A DNA stretch of 64,000 nt. It comes from an uncultured Planctomycetia bacterium. Its GTDB lineage: Bacteria; Omnitrophota; Gorgyraeia; 2-02-FULL-51-18. The DNA is taken from the NCBI GenBank assembly GCA_964642015.1, contig CAZXLF010000004.1, positions 20,738 through 84,737 on the forward strand, written 5' to 3'. This document shows, in pieces, positions 9,071 to 18,644 of this stretch. The translations under genes and the position numbers were made by a program. Each line of letters begins with the position of its first letter. The stretch's first letter is position 1. The notes below the pieces were generated by a model. It worked only from the letters and a program-made list of their open reading frames with translations, did not search any database and was not told the origin of the DNA.

Positions 9071-9470
9071 AATCCTTCAAGAGATTATCGATGACTTTTT
9101 CATTTGCGGGAGGAAAATTATAATTTTTAAGATCCGCTACATCCGTCCATAACACTTTCTGGCATTCGATCGGCTGCGGATCGCCTGAAATGTATGAGCA
9201 AAGGAAAAAATTCAGCCAAATGATCTTATCGTTGTACTCTTTGCGGATCTCCATGAACTTTTTTTCGATCGCAACATCAACGCCGAGCTCTTCTTTGGTC
9301 TCGCGGATCACGCAATCCTCGAAACTTTCTCCGGGATTCCTTTTACCGCCGGGGAATTCCCAAAAGGAACCGAACGTATCATCATCGTTCCTCTGCGCGA
9401 TCAAAAACTGCCTATCACGCCTGATCAAAGCAACACCGCATGGGATCACAGGCATCTTTTTATTCTTCAT
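9057..9470 (-). CDS. NUDIX hydrolase (MutT/NudG-like)
   Basis: 137 aa. Contains the Nudix box GGKRNPGESFEDCVIRETKEELGV. Confidence 0.8.
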   Translation of the reverse strand: MKNKKMPVIPCGVALIRRDRQFLIAQRNDDDTFGSFWEFPGGKRNPGESFEDCVIRETKEELGVDVAIEKKFMEIRKEYNDKIIWLNFFLCSYISGDPQPIECQKVLWTDVADLKNYNFPPANEKVIDNLLKDYGQE

Positions 9471-9838
9471 CCAACCGCCCTCAAACGCTTCTCAGCAACC
9501 TCTGCAAGACGGTCATCATAACCCAAATAGGGGCACAATCTGATCTCGGCTTGTTTGGCGTATCTTTTTTTCGCTCTAGATACAATGCGAGGAATATCGA
9601 TTTTCACATGATTACCCATCAAAAGGAAGTATGGGAGCACTAGCACTTCATCGGCTCCCTTTTTAATACAATGCTCTATCGCATCAACAATAGAAGGTGG
9701 TGTAATTTCAAGATATGCGCACAAAACGATCAAATATTGCTTGCGCTGACGAAGCCGCCGCGCCAATTGTTCCATAGGCCTCTGAAAACCTTTGAGTTTG
9801 CTTCCATGACCAACGATTAAAACCGCTTTTTTTTTCAA
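9467..9838 (-). CDS. cbiX: sirohydrochlorin cobaltochelatase, short form (CbiX-S)
   Basis: 123 aa. N-terminal LIVGHGSK motif and a CbiX-like fold signature. There is a 4-nt overlap with the downstream gene. Confidence 0.7.
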   Translation of the reverse strand: MKKKAVLIVGHGSKLKGFQRPMEQLARRLRQRKQYLIVLCAYLEITPPSIVDAIEHCIKKGADEVLVLPYFLLMGNHVKIDIPRIVSRAKKRYAKQAEIRLCPYLGYDDRLAEVAEKRLRAVG

Positions 9839-9848
9839 ATTAATTTCC

Positions 9849-10601
9849 TTAGACTACTTCGCAGGACTTCTTAGGAACCCACCCTGAGCTTTTATTTTCA
9901 AGCGATAGGTAGAACCAATCTCTGGACTCATCAATCACCCTAGCTTCTGCTCCTTCATGAAGAACGAATGCCTTGGTTTCTCGGTCCGAAGGGCCATAAC
10001 GGGCTTCGACCTCTTTATCAAGAATGATCACTTTGGGATCTTTCACATCGAGCCATTTGAAAATAAAAAGAACCGTGGTTACGACAAAAAAAATCGCGGC
10101 CAAAAAACTAAATCCGCGAGTAAAAGTTTTAACGGCAGGCGCCATAAAACCAATGAATGAAAATAACAGGAATAAAATCAAAAGCCCGCTCAATATCATC
10201 GCTACTTCGTTGACGGCTAATTTATCTGCGATCCTTCTGATAAACATGCGTGTAATATCTTCGTCGGCCGGTTCGATCTTGTCTGTGATCGCGCTTTTGA
10301 CAACATCAATATTCCATCGAACATCTTGGTCCCGCGGAGAAATCTTGAGAGCGCGCTCATAGAACACAATCGCTTTGCCTTTATGGCCTAGCTTAAAATA
10401 AGAATTCCCCAAATTATAATCAAGCGCAGCAGTTTCTTTCCCTGACTTGAAAATGTCTTCGTAAAATTCAATAGCCGATTTAAAAGAGCCTGACTGGTAT
10501 TTATTATTGGCATCTGACCAAGTCGATTGATCAGCGGCAACGGCTGGTTTCACTATCAAGGTCACGAAAAGCAATAAAATAGCGATATCTTGTATCTTCA
10601 T
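9849..10601 (-). CDS. batE: BatE-like protein (signal peptide, TPR repeats, TM segment, C-terminal SH3b-like domain)
   Basis: 250 aa. Last gene of the Bat-type operon. TPR (YNLGNSYFKLGHKGKAIVFYERALKI) plus a C-terminal SH3-like region (…GWVPKKSCEVV). Confidence 0.65.
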   Translation of the reverse strand: MKIQDIAILLLFVTLIVKPAVAADQSTWSDANNKYQSGSFKSAIEFYEDIFKSGKETAALDYNLGNSYFKLGHKGKAIVFYERALKISPRDQDVRWNIDVVKSAITDKIEPADEDITRMFIRRIADKLAVNEVAMILSGLLILFLLFSFIGFMAPAVKTFTRGFSFLAAIFFVVTTVLFIFKWLDVKDPKVIILDKEVEARYGPSDRETKAFVLHEGAEARVIDESRDWFYLSLENKSSGWVPKKSCEVV

Positions 10602-12565
10602 TTTAATTTCACCTTCTCAAAACCGGTGATCACATTATCCGCCATTTGATAAACATGTTTCATTTCTTCGCTGCCTTTCCGCACCGCGGCGAATCGACCC
10701 ATTGAAAGCTCGTCAAATAAAGCTTTGATCTGGTTCAGGATCTCAGGTGATGAGTCTTGAGGCATCTTCTGCTCGATCAATTCGATGTTCACCGCTTGGC
10801 TCGAAATGCCCAGTTTATCTGCAAAATAGCCGTATACCGCTTTGGAGATCTCGCCAAAAAACTCATCTTCTTTGTCTTGTTTCATGAGATTTGAGGCTTT
10901 CTTCAGCTTCGCTTTGGCTACGCGATGGGAGCCCCGCGAACGCGAAAGCAAGCTTTTTTGTGAATCAACACGGCGATTCGAGACGATCATGAGTGCTAAT
11001 GAGGCTAAAAATAATAGCGAGTTAAATAACCAGTATAGAGGCATCTTATAAAGCGGCCGCGTTGCAGTTAAATGAGGATCATTGATGGTTTTGATATAGC
11101 GAATATCCGTTCCGGTCACTGATACCTCTTCTTGCTCGACTGGCTGGACTCCTGCGCTATTATTAGAGGATGTTTCTTCAGGCTCTGCGCCCGGTTTCAC
11201 GGATATTGTATGAGCGCTAGTTTTAATGGTTCTGTAAGTTTTTGCTTTGTAATCGTAATAGGAAAATTCCAGCTCCGGGATCGTGAAGCTCCCTGCTTTC
11301 TTTGGCACAAGAACAGTTTCGGTCACTTTTTCACCTTCAACGATCAAGCGGTTCTTCGAAATGTTCACAGCACTGGAAGAATCATAGACTTTAAAATCAT
11401 CCATTTTAGGAAGCGCCGGAGTTTGAACCGTATTGAGATTACCCTCGCCTAAGATACGCACTTTGTAAGTAATAGGCGTGCCTACCTCTACTTGTCCTTT
11501 ATCTATTGAGCTTTCAATACGGTAATCGCCGACGGCTCCGGTAAAGCTTTTAGGCTTTCCGGATTCAGGAAGCGCTTTGGCTACAATGGTCACTTTATCC
11601 GTGGGGATTATTTTTGAGAAAACTTGGGAAAAAAACGGAGATGGAAAAGGATTTCGACGGCCAAAAATATTGGATGAGAAAAAACTATCAAAGTTCTGTT
11701 CATCGCGGACTTCGACCGTCGTTCCCACCGTTCCGGGATCAACAGTGAATACTCCCGGCTCCGTAGGAAACAGAGCCATCTTGCGGATATCCGCGACAAC
11801 ATACCGGGAACCATTGAATACTTGCTCGGTACGCTTGACCGTCTTATCCGGAGGGAAATCCTCAACCCAAAAACCAGTAGTCACCGGTTCTTTTTCAAAA
11901 CCTTTATAGGTTGCCGACAGCCTTGTGTAAATCGTATAGGTCAGCATCACCGGCTCATTAACATAGGCTTCGTCCTTATCAAGCCATGCTTTGACAAAAA
12001 TATCCTGATTGCTGATCTGATCTCCCGGCATTGCGCGCGGAGGCGGAGCCACAACCGGACCTTGTGTATACATAGTCGAAGACTGCTGTGCAAAAGGAGA
12101 TGGATTATCCGAAGTAACTTCAACTTGAACCGGAGCCACTTTGAAAACTTTATCACCGATCTTAATTTCGAACGGTCCGATCGTTTTTTTGCCGATAGAG
12201 TTAGCGATCAGCACATAGCTGAAGATACTTTGAGAAGAAGACCTGCCGTTAATAATGGATATTTCCTGGGAATGGCCTTGGGAATAGGATGAAAAACCGT
12301 CCATCGGCGGCAGCGTGGGTTGCGAAATTGAGCCAGTCGCATTAGAAACGATAATATCAAGCGTCAATTCCTCGCCAACAGCTAAACGTGAACGGCTTAC
12401 CGATGTCTCAATGGAAACTTCCGCAAAAGCAGGAAAAGATGTTGCGAGCACTAATACACCCACTACTAGCATACTAGCAAAAAACCTGCTTTTTGCCTTC
12501 GGTTTTACGTCTGGATAATCTGATATCCTGATGTTCTGGTACCCTGCCAATCTGACACTCTTCAT
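10598..12565 (-). CDS. batD: BatD-like protein (aerotolerance operon). The start was chosen at MKSVRLAG (12565), immediately after the batC stop. The ORF extends upstream to 12745.
   Basis: About 655 aa. Signal/TM sequence FFASMLVVGVLVLATSFPAFA, a large beta-rich ectodomain and a C-terminal TM. Its position between batC and batE is the basis for the call. Confidence 0.6.
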   Translation of the reverse strand: MKSVRLAGYQNIRISDYPDVKPKAKSRFFASMLVVGVLVLATSFPAFAEVSIETSVSRSRLAVGEELTLDIIVSNATGSISQPTLPPMDGFSSYSQGHSQEISIINGRSSSQSIFSYVLIANSIGKKTIGPFEIKIGDKVFKVAPVQVEVTSDNPSPFAQQSSTMYTQGPVVAPPPRAMPGDQISNQDIFVKAWLDKDEAYVNEPVMLTYTIYTRLSATYKGFEKEPVTTGFWVEDFPPDKTVKRTEQVFNGSRYVVADIRKMALFPTEPGVFTVDPGTVGTTVEVRDEQNFDSFFSSNIFGRRNPFPSPFFSQVFSKIIPTDKVTIVAKALPESGKPKSFTGAVGDYRIESSIDKGQVEVGTPITYKVRILGEGNLNTVQTPALPKMDDFKVYDSSSAVNISKNRLIVEGEKVTETVLVPKKAGSFTIPELEFSYYDYKAKTYRTIKTSAHTISVKPGAEPEETSSNNSAGVQPVEQEEVSVTGTDIRYIKTINDPHLTATRPLYKMPLYWLFNSLLFLASLALMIVSNRRVDSQKSLLSRSRGSHRVAKAKLKKASNLMKQDKEDEFFGEISKAVYGYFADKLGISSQAVNIELIEQKMPQDSSPEILNQIKALFDELSMGRFAAVRKGSEEMKHVYQMADNVITGFEKVKLK

Positions 12566-12572
12566 TATAAAT

Positions 12573-13694
12573 CTACCAATCTTTCTCAACGTATCTTCGA
12601 GCCCTAGAGAAAGCATTCTTGTTACCGCCCTCTTGAACTTTAAAGACTTGCTTTTCCTGGTCTTCCAACGCACCCAGGATCTGCTCGGCACGCATCTGTT
12701 CCGGAGTCTTAGGCTGTTCTTTATCTTCTTCGCCTTCCGCAGCACTCATACCTTGAGACTGCTGCGATTGCTGCTCTTTGTTTTCCTGACCAGATTGACC
12801 TTGTGATTGCTGCTGGCCTTGCTTTTCCTGATCCCCTTGCTGTTCCGAAGCGCTACCGTTCTCATCGCCCTTCTGTTCATCGGGCTTTTGTTCTTCTTTA
12901 TTCTGATCCTGGCCTTCCTCTTTTTGGCTCTGGCCGCCGGAGGGCTGCTTATCCTTATCTTTATCCTGGTTCTTGTCCTGCTGATCCTGTTTATTCTGCT
13001 GAGCTTCTTGCTTATCTTGCCCGCTTTGACCTTGCTGATCTTTTTTATCGCCTTGATTCGACTGACTTTGACCCTGCCCTTGACCCTGTTGATTATCTTT
13101 CTTATTCTGCTGGTCGTTCTGCTGCTGACCTTGTCCGCCTCCGCCGCCCTGATTCTGATCTTTTTGATTCTGGTTCTGGTTTTGTTTCTGGTCCTGTTTT
13201 TTATCCTGTTTTTGGTTGTCCTTTTTCTGCTCTTCCTGCTTTTTGGTCAAAAGCTCAAGATTATACTTTGCATCTTCATCCTTAGGATTCAAACGCAAAG
13301 CTTGTTTATAAAATTCAGCCGCTTTATCCAACTCCTGACGGCGGAACAAACTGTTACCTAAATTATAAAAAGCTTTTGACTGTAGTAAGGGCGAACTTTC
13401 ATCCTGTGCCGCTGCCTTATAGGAATTCAGAGAATCCCCAAATGATTCTTCTTTATAATAAGCGTTGCCAAGATTAAAAGCAATCTCCGGTGACTGAGGC
13501 TGGCCTTTTAGGGCGCTCAAGTAAGCTTCTTTTGCCTTGTTCACCTGCCCTTTTTTATAAAGTTTGTTCCCTTCTTCGTTCTGGACCGTGGAAAAGACAT
13601 TGAAGCCAAACATAAAAGGACACAGCGCCAATAAGATTAGCGTGATCAAATCGCTGCTTTTTATTTTCAAAATATCCGACTTGATCCGCATCAT
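12573..13694 (-). CDS. batC: BatC-like TPR protein with a ~180-aa Q/G/D/K-rich low-complexity region
   Basis: 373 aa. N-terminal TM, TPR repeats (AFNLGNAYYKEESFGDSLNSYKAA…) and a long QDKKQDQKQNQ…GGGGGQGQQQ tract. Confidence 0.6.
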   Translation of the reverse strand: MMRIKSDILKIKSSDLITLILLALCPFMFGFNVFSTVQNEEGNKLYKKGQVNKAKEAYLSALKGQPQSPEIAFNLGNAYYKEESFGDSLNSYKAAAQDESSPLLQSKAFYNLGNSLFRRQELDKAAEFYKQALRLNPKDEDAKYNLELLTKKQEEQKKDNQKQDKKQDQKQNQNQNQKDQNQGGGGGQGQQQNDQQNKKDNQQGQGQGQSQSNQGDKKDQQGQSGQDKQEAQQNKQDQQDKNQDKDKDKQPSGGQSQKEEGQDQNKEEQKPDEQKGDENGSASEQQGDQEKQGQQQSQGQSGQENKEQQSQQSQGMSAAEGEEDKEQPKTPEQMRAEQILGALEDQEKQVFKVQEGGNKNAFSRARRYVEKDW

Positions 13695-14686
13695 GATCTT
13701 TTTCTTTCTGACAAAATCATTTCAATGAATAAAAGAACAAGTGCTATGACCAAAAAATATTGGTAATTTTCATCGTATTCAAATATTTTCTCTTTCTTAA
13801 AACCTTTCTGAGACATATTTTGGATCTGACTTGATAAACTTTCCACTTCGATCTCACCGCTAGTGGACCGGTAATAGTTTCCTCCAGTCTCACCGGCGAT
13901 ATTTTTTAAGAGCTTTTCATCAAGTTTGGATATCACTATCTGCCCCTGGCGGTCTTTTTTTGCACCTTCACCCGCATATTCTCCAGGGATAGTGCTGCCA
14001 TCCGACGTGCCAATGCCTATTGTAAAGATCCGGACCCCCTGATCTTTGGCTTTTTTCACCGCTTGCATGGGGTTTGAACCTTGATCCTCACCATCCGTTA
14101 AAAGCACGATCGCTTTATACTCTTTTTCTTTTTCTGCGAAAGCCTGACTCGCCACATTGATCGCAGCTCCGATCATTGTACCCGGGGTTGGGATCAAATT
14201 GGGGTCCAATGTCGCTAAAAATAATTTAACGGCACTCCTGTCGAACGTCAGCGGGCACTGAATAAAAGCTTCTCCGGCAAACGCCACGATACCGATCCTG
14301 TCCTGTTTTAGACGATCGATCAAAGTGGTCAGCTCGAGCTTCGCCTTGTCTAAACGGCTTGGCTGAACGTCCTTTGCAAGCATACTTCTTGAAACATCCA
14401 CAGCGATCATCACATCGACGCCTTTTCGCTCGACTGTGATCTCTTTCGTCTTAAGATGCGGTTGAGCCAACGCAATGATCATGAATAAAACTGACAGCAA
14501 CAAAAGGATCCGTTTGATCCAACGCTTAGGAGCATCGAAAGAAGCGATCAGCCTTTGCACCAAAACGACGTCACCAAAACGCTGCATTTGATGTTTTTTA
14601 CGCCAGGATGAGAAATAAAAAATAACCGCGATTACCGGTAAGACCCAAAGCCAATAAAAATTGTGCGGGGAACCCCAGTCCGTCAT
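13691..14686 (-). CDS. batB: BatB-like von Willebrand factor A (vWA) domain membrane protein. The ORF extends to 14716; the start at 14686 gives ATGA coupling to batA.
   Basis: N-terminal TM helices. vWA domain with MIDAS-like DVSRSM and TDGED motifs. Confidence 0.75.
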   Translation of the reverse strand: MTDWGSPHNFYWLWVLPVIAVIFYFSSWRKKHQMQRFGDVVLVQRLIASFDAPKRWIKRILLLLSVLFMIIALAQPHLKTKEITVERKGVDVMIAVDVSRSMLAKDVQPSRLDKAKLELTTLIDRLKQDRIGIVAFAGEAFIQCPLTFDRSAVKLFLATLDPNLIPTPGTMIGAAINVASQAFAEKEKEYKAIVLLTDGEDQGSNPMQAVKKAKDQGVRIFTIGIGTSDGSTIPGEYAGEGAKKDRQGQIVISKLDEKLLKNIAGETGGNYYRSTSGEIEVESLSSQIQNMSQKGFKKEKIFEYDENYQYFLVIALVLLFIEMILSERKRS

Positions 14687-15672
14687 GGCAATTTTACCCG
14701 TATGAGATTGAGCCAAAATATCTCAAACAAAATTAAACCTAACGCGGGCCAAAGAAACCAAAAATATTTCTCTTCGTAGTGGGTATATTGTTCGACGGTA
14801 ATTTCCGTCTTCTCCAATCTATCAATCTGATCAAAAATATCTCGGAGAGTTTTGGGATCTTGAGCCCTAAAAAAACGGCCATTAGTCTTTGCGGCGATTT
14901 GCGCAAGAGATCTCTCATCAATTTCATCTTCTATCTTAATGAGCCGTGTCCCGAATTGCGGATCTTGAATCGGCAAAAGGGATTCGCCCTTTTTGCCGAT
15001 ACCAATGGTGTAAACACGTATTCCAAAAGTTTTTGCCAAGTCCGCTGCGGTCAATGGATCGATCACACCGGAATTGTTGATGCCGTCCGTCAACAAAATG
15101 ATCACTTTGCTTTTTGCCTCAGAATTTTTAAGACGACTTACCGCTGTAGCAATGCCTAAGCCGATAGCTGTACCATCTTCGATCATCCCTAAATGCACGC
15201 GGTCCAGCAGTGTCAACATTGCGCTTCGATCCACTGTAAGAGGACACTGCGTGATGCTCTGAGATGCGAACACTACAAGCCCGATCCGGTCGTGCGGGCG
15301 TCCCTCAACAAATCTTCTTGCTTCCTGTTTAGCCACTGTGATCCGGTTATCCGGATAAAAATCAAGAGCCGCCATGCTACCCGATAGATCCAGCGCGATC
15401 ATGATGTCCACGACATGCTCGGTCGTTTTCTCTTCACCGGTACCGGTCTGAGGCCTGGCGAGAGCCAAGATCAAAAAAATACAAACCAAAAATCTGATGA
15501 ACGCGGGCAATAAACGGCCAAGTACGACTCGTTTTGCTCCGGCTTTGCGGACAAGCTGGACGCTGGAAAATTTGAGAGCCGCTTCTTTTCCGATTTTATT
15601 CCACAAATAAAGCAGAAAAAGCAAAGCGGCAGGGATCAAAAATAAAAAATAGACGGGGTTCGCAAACTTCAT
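14683..15672 (-). CDS. batA: BatA-like vWA domain membrane protein
   Basis: 329 aa. vWA motifs (IALDLSGSM, LLTDGINN). Preceded by the DUF58 and MoxR genes. Confidence 0.75.
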   Translation of the reverse strand: MKFANPVYFLFLIPAALLFLLYLWNKIGKEAALKFSSVQLVRKAGAKRVVLGRLLPAFIRFLVCIFLILALARPQTGTGEEKTTEHVVDIMIALDLSGSMAALDFYPDNRITVAKQEARRFVEGRPHDRIGLVVFASQSITQCPLTVDRSAMLTLLDRVHLGMIEDGTAIGLGIATAVSRLKNSEAKSKVIILLTDGINNSGVIDPLTAADLAKTFGIRVYTIGIGKKGESLLPIQDPQFGTRLIKIEDEIDERSLAQIAAKTNGRFFRAQDPKTLRDIFDQIDRLEKTEITVEQYTHYEEKYFWFLWPALGLILFEIFWLNLIRVKLP

Positions 15673-16598
15673 TTTTTCGCTGCCTCTTCTTCCGCAGGCT
15701 TTGTCTTCTCCACAATATTGGACAAGATCCCAGTCAAACGTTCTTCCCAGGACCGTGGAGGAACATATTTTGCGAATTTGACCAAATCCGAACTTTCAAG
15801 CAATTCTTTGATTTTTTCGATCAGATCCGAAGAAAATTCCTTTTCCTTTAAAGTTTTGACAATCTCAAAAGTTGTCAACTCAAGTGTTTCTACTTGAAAT
15901 CTCCTTTCGAGATACCGCCTTAAAATGTCGGCCAGTTCGCTGTAAAACTCCTTCACTTTTCCGTCACTCAAGAGCGCTTTGCCCTGCAAACGGCCAAGCT
16001 CAAGCATTGCGCGCTCATGCGGAGGCTTGAGGCTTTCGAGATCGATCAATTTTTTATTCCGTCGACGTAAGACGATCTTAACAATAAGCCAAATGATCAA
16101 CATCAAATCCAATAAAGCCAAGATCAGCGTTCGCAACGCGGTTAAATCAAACGATATCGGGCCTTTGATCGGACGGATATCTGTTTTTTCTTTAGGATTT
16201 TTTATGACGCTGACGACCTTGATGCTTACAGGTTCAGTCCAAACCTGGCCTGAACGGCCTCCTGGGTCAGTAAAATAAACTGGGAAAGGAGGGATCTGCT
16301 GTTCTCCTAACTGAAAAACGGTCAATTTCAATACAAAAGTCTGCTCGACCATTTCTCCCACATCGCGGGAAGATGCCGCCGCAACGCTTTTTATTTCAAA
16401 TGAGGCAACAGAAGTTTTTGGCGACGGGGTAACAATAGAGAAATTTCTGGGATGGCTGATCTGTACGGATAGTTTGATCTCATCACCGATCGTGATCTTT
16501 GTCGGCCATGCGCGTGTCTTGACCTGAAAAAGACCATCCGCAATCGAAGACTGTTGCAGAGCAAAAATAAAAAATGTAAGTAGAAAAAACTTTTTCAT
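15669..16598 (-). CDS. Bat-operon-associated hypothetical membrane protein (signal peptide plus internal TM). The ORF extends to 16637; the likely start is MKKFFLL.
   Basis: Its position between the DUF58 gene and batA mirrors known Bat/MoxR operons. It has a 4-nt overlap with batA. Confidence 0.55.
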   Translation of the reverse strand: MKKFFLLTFFIFALQQSSIADGLFQVKTRAWPTKITIGDEIKLSVQISHPRNFSIVTPSPKTSVASFEIKSVAAASSRDVGEMVEQTFVLKLTVFQLGEQQIPPFPVYFTDPGGRSGQVWTEPVSIKVVSVIKNPKEKTDIRPIKGPISFDLTALRTLILALLDLMLIIWLIVKIVLRRRNKKLIDLESLKPPHERAMLELGRLQGKALLSDGKVKEFYSELADILRRYLERRFQVETLELTTFEIVKTLKEKEFSSDLIEKIKELLESSDLVKFAKYVPPRSWEERLTGILSNIVEKTKPAEEEAAKK

Positions 16599-16647
16599 GT
16601 TCATAACGCCTGCGTGGTCAATCGACGCGAAGATCAAAAAATTGGAA

Positions 16648-17526
16648 TCAGCGGAATCTTCTTTCGCGCATCTTAAAAAACCGGATCATCGAGTCGATGT
16701 AAGGTGTCCCCGTCTCAATCTCGATATGATCAAGTCCAACGGACGAGAAAACCTTGTCGCGATCTGCCCTGCGCTTCACCCATTCCTGTTTAAATTTATT
16801 CTTAAATCCTTTATTTGACTTTAATGTGAACATTTCTCCGGTCTCGGCATCCTGAAGCTCTACCGATCCTGTTAACGCAGGAAAATCTTTTTCGGTAGGA
16901 TCCTCGACGACCACTGCTATAAGGTCATGTTTTTTGAAAGCTATTTTCAAAAGTTTTTCATAATTCTCTGAGATAAAATCCGAGAACAGAAAAACTGTTG
17001 ATCGTTTTTTAACAGCGTCCGTCAATGTTCTCAAAGCGACGTTAATATCCGTGGCGCGATGCTTCGGTGTGAAATTCAGGATTTCACGGATCACGCGGAG
17101 TACATGAAGCTGACCCTTTTTCGGCGGTATGAATTTCTCCACTTGATCGCTAAAAACGATCAGTCCGACGCGGTCATGATTTTTGACTGCCGAAAATGCT
17201 AAAAGCGCGCAGATCTCGGCGATCAATTCCGATTTGGTCGTGCCGCGAGTGCCATATTGGCCCGAAGAGCTGGCATCGACAAGAAAAATAACGGTTAGCT
17301 CGCGCTCTTCAACGAATTTTTTCGTATAGGGATGGCCCATGCGCGCCGTAACATTCCAGTCGATGTCGCGCATGTCGTCCTGCGGGTCGTATTCGCGGAC
17401 CTCGTCGAATTCCATTCCGCGGCCTTTGAATACACTATGATATTCGCCGGCAAAGACCGTGTTAACTAGCCGCGAGGTCGTGATCTCGATAAAACGGATC
17501 TTTTTTAGAAGCTCTTTGGGAATCAT
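16648..17526 (-). CDS. DUF58 domain protein (MoxR-associated vWA-like)
   Basis: 292 aa. Characteristic DUF58 N-terminal region (…GEYHSVFKGRGMEFDEVREYDPQDDMRDIDWNVTAR…VIFLVDASSS). Confidence 0.8.
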   Translation of the reverse strand: MIPKELLKKIRFIEITTSRLVNTVFAGEYHSVFKGRGMEFDEVREYDPQDDMRDIDWNVTARMGHPYTKKFVEERELTVIFLVDASSSGQYGTRGTTKSELIAEICALLAFSAVKNHDRVGLIVFSDQVEKFIPPKKGQLHVLRVIREILNFTPKHRATDINVALRTLTDAVKKRSTVFLFSDFISENYEKLLKIAFKKHDLIAVVVEDPTEKDFPALTGSVELQDAETGEMFTLKSNKGFKNKFKQEWVKRRADRDKVFSSVGLDHIEIETGTPYIDSMIRFFKMRERRFR

Positions 17527-17629
17527 ATAGACAGCTCAAAACTTAAAAATAAAAAGTCAAAACAGAGATCAAAACAAAGACTATTGATCCGGCTTTTGTT
17601 CTGACTTTTAACTTTTCGGTTTTAACTTT

Positions 17630-18643
17630 TTATGGTACTTCAACCTCATCGAATATTCTTTTTACGATATCTTCGGAATTAAGCTGTTCAGCCTCTGCCT
17701 CATAACTCACGATCACGCGATGCCTCAAAACATCCGTACCAATGGCTTTTACATCGTCCGGGATCACATATCCGCGGCCTTTCATGAACGCATACGCCTT
17801 AGAAGCGATGTTGAGATAGATCGTCGCGCGCGGAGATGCGCCGTACATGATCAGCCCCTTCATGTTCTTGATCTTATATGTCTCGGGTTCACGCGTCGCG
17901 CATATGATGTTGACAATATAATTCCGTATCTTGTCATCAATATAAATATTCCTCACAACCGAACGCGCTCTCAATATATCGTCGGGATGGATCACTGGAT
18001 TGACCTTGATCGCCGCCGCACCGGCCATGCGGTTCATGATCTCGATCTCTTCATTTTTTTTAGGATAAGTGATCTTTAATTTCAGCATGAAGCGGTCCAC
18101 CTGCGCTTCGGGCAAAGGATACGTCCCTTCCTGCTCGATAGGATTCTGCGTCGCCATCACCATGAAAGGGTCTTCGAGCGGATACGTTTGACCGCCAAGC
18201 GTGATCTGTCTTTCCTGCATCGCTTCCAAAAGTGCACTCTGCACTTTAGCGGGAGCACGGTTTATTTCGTCCGCCAGCACGATATTCGAAAAAAGCGGAC
18301 CTTTTTTCGTTGTAAAATCCCCGGTCTTGGGGTTATAGATCAAAGTACCTAAAAGATCTGCCGGCAAAAGATCTGGTGTGAATTGAATGCGCTGAAATTG
18401 TGTATTGATCGCCTGCGCTAAGGTCTTTACGGAAAGAGTTTTTGCAAGACCCGGCACGCCTTCAAGAAGCACGTGTCCGTCCGCCAATAAACTGATCAAC
18501 AATCTCTCGACAAGATAATTCTGGCCTACGATCACTCGGGCGATCTCCGCCTGCAGTCCGCGTATCGACGAACTTTCTTTCGCTACCTGCTCCGATACCT
18601 GCTTCACGTCTACGTTCATCTGGACATTACCTCCCTGACTCAT
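17630..18643 (-). CDS. moxR: MoxR-family AAA+ ATPase. The ORF extends to 18688; the start was chosen at 18643, just after the upstream stop.
   Basis: Walker A motif LEGVPGLAKT. Conserved MoxR segments (IQFTPDLLPADLLGT, VMATQNPIEQEGTYPLPEAQVDRF). Confidence 0.85.
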   Translation of the reverse strand: MSQGGNVQMNVDVKQVSEQVAKESSSIRGLQAEIARVIVGQNYLVERLLISLLADGHVLLEGVPGLAKTLSVKTLAQAINTQFQRIQFTPDLLPADLLGTLIYNPKTGDFTTKKGPLFSNIVLADEINRAPAKVQSALLEAMQERQITLGGQTYPLEDPFMVMATQNPIEQEGTYPLPEAQVDRFMLKLKITYPKKNEEIEIMNRMAGAAAIKVNPVIHPDDILRARSVVRNIYIDDKIRNYIVNIICATREPETYKIKNMKGLIMYGASPRATIYLNIASKAYAFMKGRGYVIPDDVKAIGTDVLRHRVIVSYEAEAEQLNSEDIVKRIFDEVEVP

Positions 18644-18644
18644 G

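Noticed and set aside
10842-12292. Plus-strand ORFs (69-156 aa) opposite batD
   Set aside because: Antisense shadows within a long, motif-bearing reverse-strand gene.
12803-13361. Leu/Ile-rich plus-strand ORFs (160 and 184 aa) opposite batC
   Set aside because: They are artefacts of translating the reverse complement of the Q/K/D/G-rich low-complexity tract of batC (CAG/AAG/GAT codons read as CTG/CTT/ATC).
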